Origin: Fibrobacterales bacterium | GTDB taxonomy: Bacteria; Fibrobacterota; Fibrobacteria; Fibrobacterales; JAOPTW01 | Reading direction: 5' to 3' | Assembly (NCBI GenBank): GCA_051532035.1 | Contig: JAOPTW010000014.1 | Span: forward strand, 133,470-197,469 | Length of the DNA: 64,000 nucleotides | In this document: positions 39,004 to 49,947 of the stretch, piece by piece | How positions within the stretch are numbered: the first letter of the stretch is position 1 | Layout of the letters: each line of letters opens with the position of its first letter | Position numbers and translations under genes: made by a program | Notes under the pieces: generated by a model | Told to the model about the DNA's origin: nothing | The model's database searches: none | The model's input: only the letters and a program-made list of their open reading frames with translations

Positions 39004-42000
39004 ATGACTCAGATTTACACTTTATTATTCCTATTGGCACTAGGAGTAACAACAGGATATGCTGACCTGCAACTCACATTGCATTTTTTTTCACCATGGG
39101 GAACAACCCCTCATATTATCCGTACCTCGACTTCATACACTAATGACTTTAAAGATACGGTCATGGTCAAGAACCCTGATCACTGCGGATGGTACACCTA
39201 TACTCAATCTGATGCCAATGCATTTAATTCAATTCGCTTTACCGATGGAAATGGCAACTTTTTAGGCACCGAGGGCCTTACCACTATTGCCTCGACTCTT
39301 TTAAATGCCAATGGAACTATTGATAAAAAAGTTCTTGACGATCATGTCACTCCCTTTAACTTAAGAACTGATGGTGGACACCATTGGGGTTTTCACGATT
39401 ACATCACAGCCACTTCTTTTGATGCTTTTGCTTATTATGATATCGCAAGTAAAACCATGACTATGGAAGAGAGTATAGAAAACACTGGCCTCAATGGCCC
39501 CTGTAAGACCGTTCACATATTCTCTCCTTGGAAAAAACTAGCTCCAATCGCTCTATTATCAAGTGGTACATCAACAGCCTTAACAGCAGAACCCGATGAG
39601 TGTGGCTGGTATACCCTTGAACTCCCTTCAAATGGAGTCGCACACGAATTATCCTTAACGAATAGAGATGGTGATACATATGGGCGCACCGGGAAGGACG
39701 ACAACGAAACCATTGACCTTAAAAGTCATCTTAAGAACAACAATCATACCTATCTAACCTTTGAAGAGGATGAAGAACCAACGATAAATAGCAAGAGGCC
39801 GAATACTGAGGATGGTTACTGTCTTCTTGCACAACTCAAAGGAGTTATTTACGATTGGGACGCGGGTGATTTTGGTGCATTCCAACCAGGTACTGATGCC
39901 TGCCCAAATGACATTACAAAAGGCCTTGCTGCAGACAAACTAGGGGATGACAACCTCCCTCTTCCTGGCCCCAACGCAAGCAGCTGTCATGCAGATTCGA
40001 TCACCAACTGGTTCCAAGCAAAAGAGAGCAATCGAACCTGTGTAGACCTACAACTCTCCCCCAATAGCGAAGGCATCTATCAATTTAGCCAGACAGTTGA
40101 TGTAAATGATCACTCAGGCTTAAATGGGTTTTATCCACTCGACAATTTTTCTCATGACAACAATAGTCTTACGAACAATAAGGGATTAACAGATAGTAAT
40201 GGTGATGATGTCAAACACAATTATCACTTCTGTATGCACATTGCCACAAGCTTCACCTACAAAGAAGGACAACACTTTGAATTTGAAGGTGATGATGACA
40301 TGTGGATCTATCTCAATGGATCATTGGTACTCGACATTGGTGGTATCCACAGTCCCCTCGCTGGGTCACTAAATATTGATGATCATCTTAATACCGGTGA
40401 TATAGGTGAAAGTCAAGACTTTAGAATTTTTTACTGTGAGCGCCAAACCGATCAGTCAAACTTAAAAATTCAGACCGATATCGATTTTGACCCACCACGC
40501 TATTACCATAATGAGCTTGACAGCTCAAGTAAAAATCGTCAAACCAACAACTACACTATTCATGAAGGGTATATACAGCGATCAGGTGGCTGTTCGCCTG
40601 ACGAAACAAGTATACAGAAAGAGTCGGACTTCTTCTGGAGTACTGATACAACTATTGATGCAGATGATATCCCCCTTGAGGCTGGTGAAAGCCATTTTGA
40701 AAATGGGATAATTATAGATGATAACCAGTATCAATTCACTATTGATCTATTGGCCATTCAAGAAGCTACCGACATTAAAGAGGGAACCTATTATCTTATT
40801 CATCGTTCCCAAAGTACCAGTTCAGAGGAGCAGGGCTATATTGAGGTACAAGTCACCAATTATGACTATTTCCTACAATTGGTAGAACCATGGTCACCCG
40901 AAGATGAGCTTTCGTCTGCCCCAATAGAGATTGGACTTCTTGAACAGTATGATTTTATGGTAAAAATATTTGAAGTTACCAAAGAAGAATCAGGGAACGA
41001 CACGATATTGTGTGAATCATGTGAGGGATCATTCTCATTCGAAGGAAGCTCTCTCTTTGATATAAGTAATGAGAACTTTGAAGAGGGCCTCTTTCAATTC
41101 TCTATCTTTTCTGATGAACCCATCAAAGAAGAAGAAATTACCATAACCTTTGATCCCGATGGATCTGCAGAGTACCCACACAATAAAAGAGTTAACTCAA
41201 TAGAGACCCCGGAAATTACTGTTCTTGATTATCCTAACTTTTTGCCCGACAAACATGGCAACCGATATATCGATAAAAATAGTGATGGAACCATGGATAG
41301 AATTGAACTCACCTTTAAAACAGCTCCCTCTGATTCTGTACTCGATAATCTCGACATCACCTTTACCTGGCCTAATAGTGACTCAATTCCACTCAGACCT
41401 AAAAAAAATGAGCTCAAACCCTTAAATGGCGATCCTTATACCATCTACTGGGATATCCCAACAGAGCGCTATACGATTCACCCATTACTCACCCATATAA
41501 CTGATTCTGCACAAGAAAGTGCTCTAATAAAGTACAAGCACCCTAAAACGGGAGAGTCTCTAGAGCACGTCATTGAAATGACCGATGCAATGCCCCCTGT
41601 TCTGGTAACTGCAGAACTCATCCGGGGCAGTAAAGGGGATTTAGACACCCTTATCGTGCACGTCACAGAACCCCTTGAAGAGGATGACCTCTATAAAGAT
41701 GGTAATAAAGGATATACAGCGACACATAAAAAAGATGACGACGAAACTATTACCAGTGAAGCGAACCGAATTACCAATGACAACGCTCCTTTCCCTGTGC
41801 ACCGCATAGTATTTGACAATAGCAATGATAATAGTGTTGCTGTAGGCGACTTTCTTACCTTTTATGATCACGAAGACAACATCCGTGATTTAGAAGGAAA
41901 TAACCCTGGAGACAGCGCACAGTCAGTTGTAGTGCAGTCCATAACTCCAGAGAACTTATCCATTCGCGATTTCTATGAAATCACTGATGCATTGCTCGAA

Positions 42001-42468
42001 ACCTACTCTCCTGAGGATAGCCTTACTGCAGTACCCATAACTCAATCAGAGTTAGACGATACAGATCAAGCGGGAGTAATTTTGGGAAGTAACATGAAAG
42101 AGGTCCTTTGGCATTTTATGGATCCCTATGACTGGGCCGACAATGATCCTAAGCACTATTCATATCACTATACTATTACCCTATACAATACTCTTGGAAA
42201 CTACATTAACACTCACCATGGCTCGGTAACTTGTAATGATAGCGATGCTTTTGGTGGTGACTGTCTCGAGAGCTCTCCAGAGGACCCCAAGGCATTTGCA
42301 CTGTTTATTCCTCCTTATGCCTACAATAATAGAGTTCTTGCAACTGGTGTCTATATTGCACGAGCATCCGGGTATTATCGCTATACTAACGACGATACAA
42401 CAATACAAACAGCCCCTTTCAAGACACTCTTTAAACTTGGGGTTTCTCGTATAAAGGATAGAGAGTAA
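39004..42468 (+). CDS. fibro-slime domain secreted protein, tandem paralog
   Basis: HNYHFCMH..FEFEGDDDMWIYLNG..DIGGIH..FYCERQT; two N-terminal FSPW..CGWYT modules; YIDKNSDGTMDRI; LATGVYI. Confidence 0.9.
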   Translation: MTQIYTLLFLLALGVTTGYADLQLTLHFFSPWGTTPHIIRTSTSYTNDFKDTVMVKNPDHCGWYTYTQSDANAFNSIRFTDGNGNFLGTEGLTTIASTLLNANGTIDKKVLDDHVTPFNLRTDGGHHWGFHDYITATSFDAFAYYDIASKTMTMEESIENTGLNGPCKTVHIFSPWKKLAPIALLSSGTSTALTAEPDECGWYTLELPSNGVAHELSLTNRDGDTYGRTGKDDNETIDLKSHLKNNNHTYLTFEEDEEPTINSKRPNTEDGYCLLAQLKGVIYDWDAGDFGAFQPGTDACPNDITKGLAADKLGDDNLPLPGPNASSCHADSITNWFQAKESNRTCVDLQLSPNSEGIYQFSQTVDVNDHSGLNGFYPLDNFSHDNNSLTNNKGLTDSNGDDVKHNYHFCMHIATSFTYKEGQHFEFEGDDDMWIYLNGSLVLDIGGIHSPLAGSLNIDDHLNTGDIGESQDFRIFYCERQTDQSNLKIQTDIDFDPPRYYHNELDSSSKNRQTNNYTIHEGYIQRSGGCSPDETSIQKESDFFWSTDTTIDADDIPLEAGESHFENGIIIDDNQYQFTIDLLAIQEATDIKEGTYYLIHRSQSTSSEEQGYIEVQVTNYDYFLQLVEPWSPEDELSSAPIEIGLLEQYDFMVKIFEVTKEESGNDTILCESCEGSFSFEGSSLFDISNENFEEGLFQFSIFSDEPIKEEEITITFDPDGSAEYPHNKRVNSIETPEITVLDYPNFLPDKHGNRYIDKNSDGTMDRIELTFKTAPSDSVLDNLDITFTWPNSDSIPLRPKKNELKPLNGDPYTIYWDIPTERYTIHPLLTHITDSAQESALIKYKHPKTGESLEHVIEMTDAMPPVLVTAELIRGSKGDLDTLIVHVTEPLEEDDLYKDGNKGYTATHKKDDDETITSEANRITNDNAPFPVHRIVFDNSNDNSVAVGDFLTFYDHEDNIRDLEGNNPGDSAQSVVVQSITPENLSIRDFYEITDALLETYSPEDSLTAVPITQSELDDTDQAGVILGSNMKEVLWHFMDPYDWADNDPKHYSYHYTITLYNTLGNYINTHHGSVTCNDSDAFGGDCLESSPEDPKAFALFIPPYAYNNRVLATGVYIARASGYYRYTNDDTTIQTAPFKTLFKLGVSRIKDRE

Positions 42469-42535
42469 CTCCCCACTATAGAGCTCTCTTTTTATATATT
42501 TAACCAATACACTGCTATAGTATATTGAGAGCTTT

Positions 42536-43684
42536 ATGACCCCTATATTTCATACTGGACTAATACTCGCCTGTCTATCACTCACCTTCTGTGAATCGCC
42601 AACACCAAAAATAGAGTCTGTTTCAGACACGAGCTCAGAGACTCAATCAAGTGACGAGCTACTTGAGATAAGTAGCGAATCAAAATTCAGTGAACCGGTG
42701 ACTATTGAATCATCTACGACAGAGGGCAGCAATGCTATTGAGCCCTCATCAAGTGAGTCATCATCAGAAACACCCTCATCACAGACCTCAGAATCATCAA
42801 GTGCACCATCAAGTTCAAGCCTCGATACTCAATCATCGAGTGAAACAGTATCACATTCAAGCAGTTCAACAACGGTCTTGACCCCTCCTGACTCCCTTAA
42901 AATCATGACTTACAACCTTTGGTTCACCAAGACGTGGATTACTTCACGGAGATCTATTGCCTTTAAAATGATTCGATTAGAAACACCTGATATTATTGGT
43001 ATTCAAGAGAACTGGGATGATCAGGGCATTGAGTACTTCCCTACAAAGGATATCCTCGACACCCTTACGGAATACCGGTCAGCTGCCTTTGAAGATCGCA
43101 ATGATATTTTATATAAAAAAGATTTGTTTACCGTTGTTGATAGTGGGCGCTTTGAACTCGAATCAGCTGAAGGCCGCCACTGTGCCTGGGCACTGTTTAA
43201 AGATACTCTTAATCGTCATTTTTATCTGTATAACACCCACTGGAACTATCAAGATTATGCAAACGACAGTTGGTTGAGTCACGGAGTCTCACTCGCAGCA
43301 AAAATTAGAGATCGACAATTCCCTCATTACCCAGCTATTGTCACAGGAGACTTTAATTCCAATGATGAAGATGGTGCACAGTATTTTAGAGGAGAGTTTT
43401 CGGGCAAAACAAATGATTACCCTTTTAGAGATACCTGGCTTGATATAAATAAAGTTGGAGTCGACTACATGCGTACCAAGACTATTGACAAGCATGGGCG
43501 TACCGGAGAGAAACTTGACTATATCTATGTGCCGAAAGATGAATGGGAAACTATAGATGCTGAGGTTGTTGAGTATAGAGACCCAGACGGATGTGGCAAT
43601 GATACTGCAACTATTTTTTCTGATGAAAATGGCTGTGCGCCATCCGATCATGAACCCGTTACCGCTACTCTAAAATTCAAATAA
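42536..43684 (+). CDS. endonuclease/exonuclease/phosphatase-family probable lipoprotein
   Basis: IMTYNL, DIIGIQE, NTHW, GDFNS, KLDYIY, SDHEPV; Ser-rich linker after the signal Cys. Confidence 0.9.
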   Translation: MTPIFHTGLILACLSLTFCESPTPKIESVSDTSSETQSSDELLEISSESKFSEPVTIESSTTEGSNAIEPSSSESSSETPSSQTSESSSAPSSSSLDTQSSSETVSHSSSSTTVLTPPDSLKIMTYNLWFTKTWITSRRSIAFKMIRLETPDIIGIQENWDDQGIEYFPTKDILDTLTEYRSAAFEDRNDILYKKDLFTVVDSGRFELESAEGRHCAWALFKDTLNRHFYLYNTHWNYQDYANDSWLSHGVSLAAKIRDRQFPHYPAIVTGDFNSNDEDGAQYFRGEFSGKTNDYPFRDTWLDINKVGVDYMRTKTIDKHGRTGEKLDYIYVPKDEWETIDAEVVEYRDPDGCGNDTATIFSDENGCAPSDHEPVTATLKFK

Positions 43685-43711
43685 TCGCCCACCCTTTTAA
43701 AAGAACAGCAA

Positions 43712-44884
43712 CTAGTCATAGAGTAGATGTTTTACTTCGTCCCTAAAGAGCTCGGTCATAACATTACCTTCCCCGTGAGACATCTTAAAGTCCATAAGTT
43801 CTGCAATTGTCACAGGGATATCTATAAGTGAACGATGGGTATTTACAAAAAGATCAGATTTAAAATCCGGGCCGATAGCAAGAAGATTTATGTGACGACA
43901 GCCATCACACTCATCACCATGATCACGAATTCCACCATGATCATCGAGATGGCGTCCATGGTCATTTGTAACCAGTAACGTTGTTTTACCCTTATAGACT
44001 GGATCTGTCTGAAAAAAGCTCCATAAGCGATAGATATATTCATCGGAATCTGTTATCGCCTCTAAATACCCATCCCAATCATCATTATGACCAAAGGAGT
44101 CGGGGTTTCTAAAAGAGATCATAATTAATTCAGGATAATTTTTCTGAATCAACTCGAGCCCTTTTGTATAAGTAACGCTATCCTCGCCATACCCAGACTT
44201 AGCGCCCTTCCCATCTATCCCACAATAAGTTGCCGGCCGATATTTACTATGCCACTCATCTTCATCTGTATCCGCAAGAACTTCCAGCTTTCCTTTAGAG
44301 GTCACAATAAGTGCATCCACAGAATCTTTACCATGAGCCTTACGCCACTCTTGAATAAAGGAATGTTTTTTAGGGAGGTCCTTTCCACTGTTACTGATCT
44401 CTTGTCGAATACCCGTCATCATTGCTGTGTGACCAGATGCAGTATACGTATACCCATCATTATAAAACTCTAGATTGACCACACCAAGTTTTGAAAGAGC
44501 ATTGGAAGTATACGGTATAAATTCACGGTCTTTGTTTCCCCAAGACTCAGAAAAACGCACCCCATCAATCACAACCAACACTACATACTGAGTTGCGTAA
44601 TCTGTAAGAGCCGTATCACTGTTATCTTCAACTGGTGGGTAGGGAACGAATACACTCGAATCAACGTTATCAAGAGTTACATCGGTAGTAATAATAGTGG
44701 CTTCACCACTCGAACCAGATAGTATAGACTGAGCAACAGATACTTTTGAAGTCTGTTTCTTGCTTGGGGCAGTACTATTCCTATCACATCCAGAAATTGA
44801 CCCAAACATAAGGCCAATAAATACTGGAACAATAGTAACGATTGATTTTTTTGAAGAGCGTTGAATACCCCAAAAACTACTCAC
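43712..44884 (-). CDS. alkaline-phosphatase-superfamily metalloenzyme
   Basis: VVIDGVR, TASGHTAMMTG, DSFGH, VTNDHGRH. Confidence 0.8.
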   Translation of the reverse strand: MSSFWGIQRSSKKSIVTIVPVFIGLMFGSISGCDRNSTAPSKKQTSKVSVAQSILSGSSGEATIITTDVTLDNVDSSVFVPYPPVEDNSDTALTDYATQYVVLVVIDGVRFSESWGNKDREFIPYTSNALSKLGVVNLEFYNDGYTYTASGHTAMMTGIRQEISNSGKDLPKKHSFIQEWRKAHGKDSVDALIVTSKGKLEVLADTDEDEWHSKYRPATYCGIDGKGAKSGYGEDSVTYTKGLELIQKNYPELIMISFRNPDSFGHNDDWDGYLEAITDSDEYIYRLWSFFQTDPVYKGKTTLLVTNDHGRHLDDHGGIRDHGDECDGCRHINLLAIGPDFKSDLFVNTHRSLIDIPVTIAELMDFKMSHGEGNVMTELFRDEVKHLLYD

Positions 44885-44952
44885 AAAGTGCCACCATATA
44901 GAGAATCTCTCATATTAATATATCACACTTTACGGCTCTATAGGGTAATTTT

Positions 44953-45522
44953 CTATTCTTGTGGTACCGATTTTAGCTTATTGAGCAAAGTTACCACTCT
45001 CTTACCTAAATAAGCAGCAGTAGCAATGTCTTCTTCTTTCGGCTTGCCCCCTTCAGACTGAGCAACGACCCCTAATTGACAGCCTAAACGATTAAGTCCT
45101 TTATTGAGCCCATTATGGACATCGAGAGAAACCCAATACATTCCATGCTGACTCGCAAAGGTTTGCATATATTGAAGCGTATTCCCTTGGTCTCCATTAG
45201 GAGCGCCACCACAGGTAATACCAGCAGCAACCTTACCCGACCATTTTTGTGAATACCAAGCATCACCAGAGGCATCAACAAAAGTCTTTAATTGAGCAGA
45301 AACACTCCCCATATAGGTTGGTGAAGCCAATACGATAGCATCACACTCTTGGAGAACATCATAGATAGCACTGTCTTCAAACCGCCCTTCTACAATATTT
45401 TTACCCTCAATCAAGTAGCTCACGACCTCGGCTCCTTCCTGCTGCATGGATGCCGCACAAGCCTGAACTAATTGACCCGTAATATCTGTCTTGGTGTAAT
45501 ATACTATTGCAACTTTACTCAT
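44953..45522 (-). CDS. flavodoxin-fold NAD(P)H-dependent FMN reductase (WrbA-like)
   Basis: DAIVLASPTYMGSVSAQLK, WSGKVAAG, QHGMYWV, TAAYLGKRV. Confidence 0.85.
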   Translation of the reverse strand: MSKVAIVYYTKTDITGQLVQACAASMQQEGAEVVSYLIEGKNIVEGRFEDSAIYDVLQECDAIVLASPTYMGSVSAQLKTFVDASGDAWYSQKWSGKVAAGITCGGAPNGDQGNTLQYMQTFASQHGMYWVSLDVHNGLNKGLNRLGCQLGVVAQSEGGKPKEEDIATAAYLGKRVVTLLNKLKSVPQE

Positions 45523-45643
45523 GGAAGACTCCTTCACTCTATTTTAGGCTCAAAGGTAATTATAAGAAAATTCAAAACACTCAATGGCTTTAATTAACCA
45601 TAAGTTTGTAGTCCCTTTTTACAGATCTGGAATAGATTATTCT

Positions 45644-47878
45644 CTACCAAACAGTAAGAGCACCAGCCCCTAACACGGTGCTCTTGTCATGAGCTACCAC
45701 AGAATAGATTAATACTCCCTTCTCTATTTGTGAGAGGTCAGTTACCCCATTATCAACGAGCAATGAATACACCTTCTCACCAGCTATTGAGTAGAGCTGT
45801 AGGCGAGCAGTAGTTGACAATCCACTCATTGTTAGCGAAGTGCCACTCAAGGTCACCTTAGTTCTCGTTTGCCCATATATCACCGATGAGACCTCTTGTG
45901 AACTCTCTCTTGTATCATCAGATGAATCCACACTCTCTACAGAGTCATCATCCTCTTGAGCTGAACTCTGACTCACTGAAGAGGTTTGGAGTTCCTCACT
46001 TTCAGAACTCATTTCAATTCCATCATTTGAACGTTCGTTAGATGACTCCCTCGACACACTCTCTTGCTGTTCACTTGAACTCTCATTTTCGGTAACTACT
46101 GTTACTTCAGAAAATTTCATAGGAGTAGCCATATACTCTTTAATAGTTTTTGAAAACCAGCCCCCATCATTCTCTTCAACTTTATTGGTCGGGTAGTTTG
46201 CGTTACCCGAAAGTCCGGCCCCAAAGAGAACCCCTATGAAACCAGCTTCAATCCATTTCTGAGGATTATCAACAAAGTACTGAACGGCATCATCGCGGTT
46301 ACCTACTTCAGGGTGCTCCATATTGCCTTCTGATATTTGCCAACCAACAATACGGAGTCCTGCACGATATGATAGACACTTGGTCCAACTAAAATATTTA
46401 ACATAGTTATCATCAGTCCAAAACCAATCCTGTTTTGCCTTCTCGGGATTACCAGCATCACGATCACTTTTCTCTACAAAGATCACATCACCTTTCCCCT
46501 TATCACCAAGAGAGTTAATGAAGTCACCTTGTGCATACCCACTCATCACATGAGACTCTATACGCCCTTGGCCTACTTGCCCAGGAATCCCATATCCCCA
46601 GTGATTAAGCATGTGGCCCAACATAACACCTTTACTCGCCAGTTTCTCATGGGCACGATCTACTAAATACTCAGACCACCCAACCATGTTTGAGGCATAG
46701 CTCGCTCCCGATAGCTCATTTGCTTTACTCATATTTACCGTAACCTCAGCACCATCCATTGTTGGCAGATGTCCATCTTGCATCAGCTTTCCATAGAGAT
46801 CTGGCTCTAACACAAGAAGGTACTCTTTCTGGTTTGCCCCCCCCGATGCCATTTGATTAAGGAGTTCATCATAGCGTTCAAAGTAATCGTTCATAAAAGT
46901 GTCATCGTTGAGATTATCGGCAACCATTGATTCACTCACCTTACCAAAATTGTACCAGACAAATGCAGTTTTAAAGCCAAGCTCATCACTTTTATCTACA
47001 TACTCCTCAACAAAGTCCTCTCCCCACGAAGTAAACGTTTCGGGCATAATATATTGATACCGATAATCACTATCAGTATCAAAATCACCATAGGTATCCC
47101 AGGCGCCCCGTGTATCTAAATAACCGGTTGCGAGATAGTCTGGCCATCCCTCTGGCACTTCACCACCTATAGCATCAGGCACTTTAAGCATTGGAGCATC
47201 ACTACCATCGGTAAGACGGATATCATCAATGAGAAGGTGGAGTGCAGATCCATCTGGATCTTTTGCATAAGCAATCCCTACCCCAACATATTCAGCGTCG
47301 GGATCAAAGGCGTCAGTTTTTTCTCCACTCCAATCGAGAACAGCAAACTCTTCTAGAGGGACCACAACCTCATCCCACTCTGCGTCAGCAGAAATTGGCA
47401 CATTGATATTCATAGGAAAAGGAAAATCAGTAACCAATTCAAGGGCTATAGTTTCGGCTTCACCCGTCAAATTCTTTACTCTAAAACGAATGTCCTTATA
47501 GCCCGTCAAACGGTAGGATCGATTATTTGCAAATTTTGCCTGAAGATGATAATCACCACCCTCACCCACATCTTCTTTGACTTCTAATTCAAGAGCATCG
47601 GTTCCACGGTATGCATCTTCACAGTTTATGGGGATCATCTCTGTGGATACTGTTTCCGTCATATCATTCAGATCTATAGCATCAACAATACTACTAGTAA
47701 TGTCGGCAACGCGCACATCCCAGGTCCAATCACCATTTTGAATACCCATCCGTTGGCAGCCATCACCATCTTCCTCCCAAGCATCATAGTAGACAGGAAT
47801 ATCATTTAACGACCATGCAGTTTGGGTCAATAAGATTAGTAGTATTAATTGTACCGTTTGGTATTTTCTCACATTCAT
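45644..47878 (-). CDS. secreted protein: CBM-like domain + putative glycoside-hydrolase-like domain + Ser linker + T9SS-like tail
   Basis: Signal peptide; WDEVVVPLEEF..LLIDDIRL (CBM-like); YRYQYI..LVLEPDLYG..SDRDAG..WQI; tail LYSIAGEKV..GVLIY. Confidence 0.65.
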   Translation of the reverse strand: MNVRKYQTVQLILLILLTQTAWSLNDIPVYYDAWEEDGDGCQRMGIQNGDWTWDVRVADITSSIVDAIDLNDMTETVSTEMIPINCEDAYRGTDALELEVKEDVGEGGDYHLQAKFANNRSYRLTGYKDIRFRVKNLTGEAETIALELVTDFPFPMNINVPISADAEWDEVVVPLEEFAVLDWSGEKTDAFDPDAEYVGVGIAYAKDPDGSALHLLIDDIRLTDGSDAPMLKVPDAIGGEVPEGWPDYLATGYLDTRGAWDTYGDFDTDSDYRYQYIMPETFTSWGEDFVEEYVDKSDELGFKTAFVWYNFGKVSESMVADNLNDDTFMNDYFERYDELLNQMASGGANQKEYLLVLEPDLYGKLMQDGHLPTMDGAEVTVNMSKANELSGASYASNMVGWSEYLVDRAHEKLASKGVMLGHMLNHWGYGIPGQVGQGRIESHVMSGYAQGDFINSLGDKGKGDVIFVEKSDRDAGNPEKAKQDWFWTDDNYVKYFSWTKCLSYRAGLRIVGWQISEGNMEHPEVGNRDDAVQYFVDNPQKWIEAGFIGVLFGAGLSGNANYPTNKVEENDGGWFSKTIKEYMATPMKFSEVTVVTENESSSEQQESVSRESSNERSNDGIEMSSESEELQTSSVSQSSAQEDDDSVESVDSSDDTRESSQEVSSVIYGQTRTKVTLSGTSLTMSGLSTTARLQLYSIAGEKVYSLLVDNGVTDLSQIEKGVLIYSVVAHDKSTVLGAGALTVW

Positions 47879-48168
47879 AAAACTCTCTCCCTCAGAGTAT
47901 AAGCCAAATCAAGCCGACATATAACCCTTACAGTTCAATCATTACCATTTTAGATTAGGCTTAATATAAACTATGTAGACTTTTAATACAACTACATTTG
48001 GTTTAAGGATATCAAATGCGACCCCTAAGGCCATTATCCTGGTCATTAGTACCCAATGTAAAGACATTTTTTACTCCACGCTAACCTTCAGATACTGAGA
48101 CAAAGAGGATATCTAAGATTATTGCATTAATTTTGATATATTTATCAACCTAAAGTGAGTGAGGAACC

Positions 48169-48441
48169 ATGGCTAAATTAACGAGAGAAGACCAATCTAT
48201 TGATGTTGAAGATGGCATTAGAATTTTTGATGCCGCGGAAGACCTTGGAGTCACTTTTTCGTGTTGCCACGGTGTCTGTGGCGCCTGCCTTATAGAAATT
48301 GTATCAGGGGCTGAACATATAGAAGCACCTACTCAATCTGAAATTGAATTTGGTATTGAAGGCAAGGAGCGTCTCGCTTGTCAATGTAGAATCAAATCAG
48401 GCGAGGTGGTTATTGAACAAAAAGGTCTTGAGGACCTTTAA
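48169..48441 (+). CDS. 2Fe-2S ferredoxin
   Basis: FSCCHGVCGAC..ERLACQC; RBS GAGGA. Confidence 0.9.
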   Translation: MAKLTREDQSIDVEDGIRIFDAAEDLGVTFSCCHGVCGACLIEIVSGAEHIEAPTQSEIEFGIEGKERLACQCRIKSGEVVIEQKGLEDL

Positions 48442-48488
48442 AGCATTTCTAAAAGCATTGAGAGTATACAGAGTCCATTGAGACCCCT

Positions 48489-49127
48489 TTATACTCTATC
48501 GAGTTTCCATACCGTTTCAACACACTCTGTACGACCTTTAAGGCCGCCAGGAACATCTTTTGACACGAGTACTGTGAGCGAATACCCGTTTCCATAAGCA
48601 TCCTCAACCCATTCATGAGGAACAGAAAATGGAGGACCATTCATAACACTCTGATCATAGGTAATTGTAACAAGCAATTGTAAGGCAGACTCTGTAATTG
48701 CAATCAGATGAGCACAATACTTTTTTCTTAACTCTTCTGGAAGTGCGATAAGAGCTGCGCGATCATATACCGCATCTACCGCACCAAGTGTCTCAGCGGT
48801 CAAGTTAAAAATGTTTCCTTGAGCAATCGCAATACGGGGCCCTCGATACCAGGTAACATCACCATCTCTCGTCACTTCCGGCTCAATATCAAGTGAATGA
48901 AAGAGTGCAGTAACGGCACCTTCATTCAACTCAGCACCTACTACGTCAAAACCCTGCTCCAAAAGCCACTCAATATCAAGAGTTTTACCACACAAGGGGA
49001 CAAACACCCGTCCGCCTGCAACAATATTAAGGGTCCTAAACCACGCTTCAAGTTGTGGATTCACCTGAGACATATGAAAACCTATCTCATTCTTATGCCA
49101 TTTTTTATGCCAAAACTGCTCGTCCAT
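48489..49127 (-). CDS. tpm: thiopurine S-methyltransferase
   Basis: MDEQFWHKKW..IGFH, RVFVPLCGKTLD, YDRAALIALP, GPPFSV. Confidence 0.93.
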   Translation of the reverse strand: MDEQFWHKKWHKNEIGFHMSQVNPQLEAWFRTLNIVAGGRVFVPLCGKTLDIEWLLEQGFDVVGAELNEGAVTALFHSLDIEPEVTRDGDVTWYRGPRIAIAQGNIFNLTAETLGAVDAVYDRAALIALPEELRKKYCAHLIAITESALQLLVTITYDQSVMNGPPFSVPHEWVEDAYGNGYSLTVLVSKDVPGGLKGRTECVETVWKLDRV

Positions 49128-49253
49128 TTCCAACCCTCTGAAGCTATTCCGGTACAAGTATACCATTTTTTACCGTATGCCCGAAGCACTCTGAGCGAGT
49201 ATCACCTCTTTGATATTCATAAGTGCAACTATGCAATAATATAGATTCAACGA

Positions 49254-49784
49254 CTATTTACTGAGCTTACACACTTCACAACCAAAAAAGAGGCTATGCA
49301 TCCAACACCCAACGCAAAAACCGAGTACTGCTTCGAGCCAGGTAAGGAGAAAGCAGGTGCCTAACACTGCAATAATTGCTTCATTGGGCGCACCTAATAG
49401 ACGGAGTCCAAAACACGTAACCCCAAGTACAGCACCGAGTGTCCAGGCAAAACGTTTTGGCTTAATAGGTTTCCACGTCGCAGGAAATTTCATTGTAATA
49501 GCCGTTCCAAGCAATCCAGTTGGTGTCAGTGGTGTCAGTCCAAAGAGTGCCGCAACAGTCATATCAAAAATAACGTAGGGACCGACGTAGAGAATAGGAT
49601 CAAGTTCAGGTTTAAAAATGAGAATGACCATTGTGATCATAGAGAGAATATTAAGTAACCCTGCACGAGCTCGAGTAGCAGCCTCGTTAATTCGTCTATC
49701 ACATTCCCCAGGGATTGATGGCCCCATAGCAAAAAGTGGCTTGGTAAAAAAGGTGTGATACTGTTGTAACTCGTGATTATCCAT
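49254..49784 (-). CDS. DUF4395-family membrane protein
   Basis: INEAATRARAG, PKRFAWTLG, WLEAVLGFCVGCW. Confidence 0.8.
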   Translation of the reverse strand: MDNHELQQYHTFFTKPLFAMGPSIPGECDRRINEAATRARAGLLNILSMITMVILIFKPELDPILYVGPYVIFDMTVAALFGLTPLTPTGLLGTAITMKFPATWKPIKPKRFAWTLGAVLGVTCFGLRLLGAPNEAIIAVLGTCFLLTWLEAVLGFCVGCWMHSLFFGCEVCKLSK

Positions 49785-49947
49785 TACTCTCTCAGCTTTA
49801 AATCATTTTATGCTAATATAATAATTTAAAGCTGTACTTCAATAATCATTTTCTCAAGATGGGAGTATTTCACTCAGATTATCACCATTGAATGATGTGA
49901 AGCCCTCTTAATACCCTAATCATTCAAAATACCCAATGTACTCAGAG

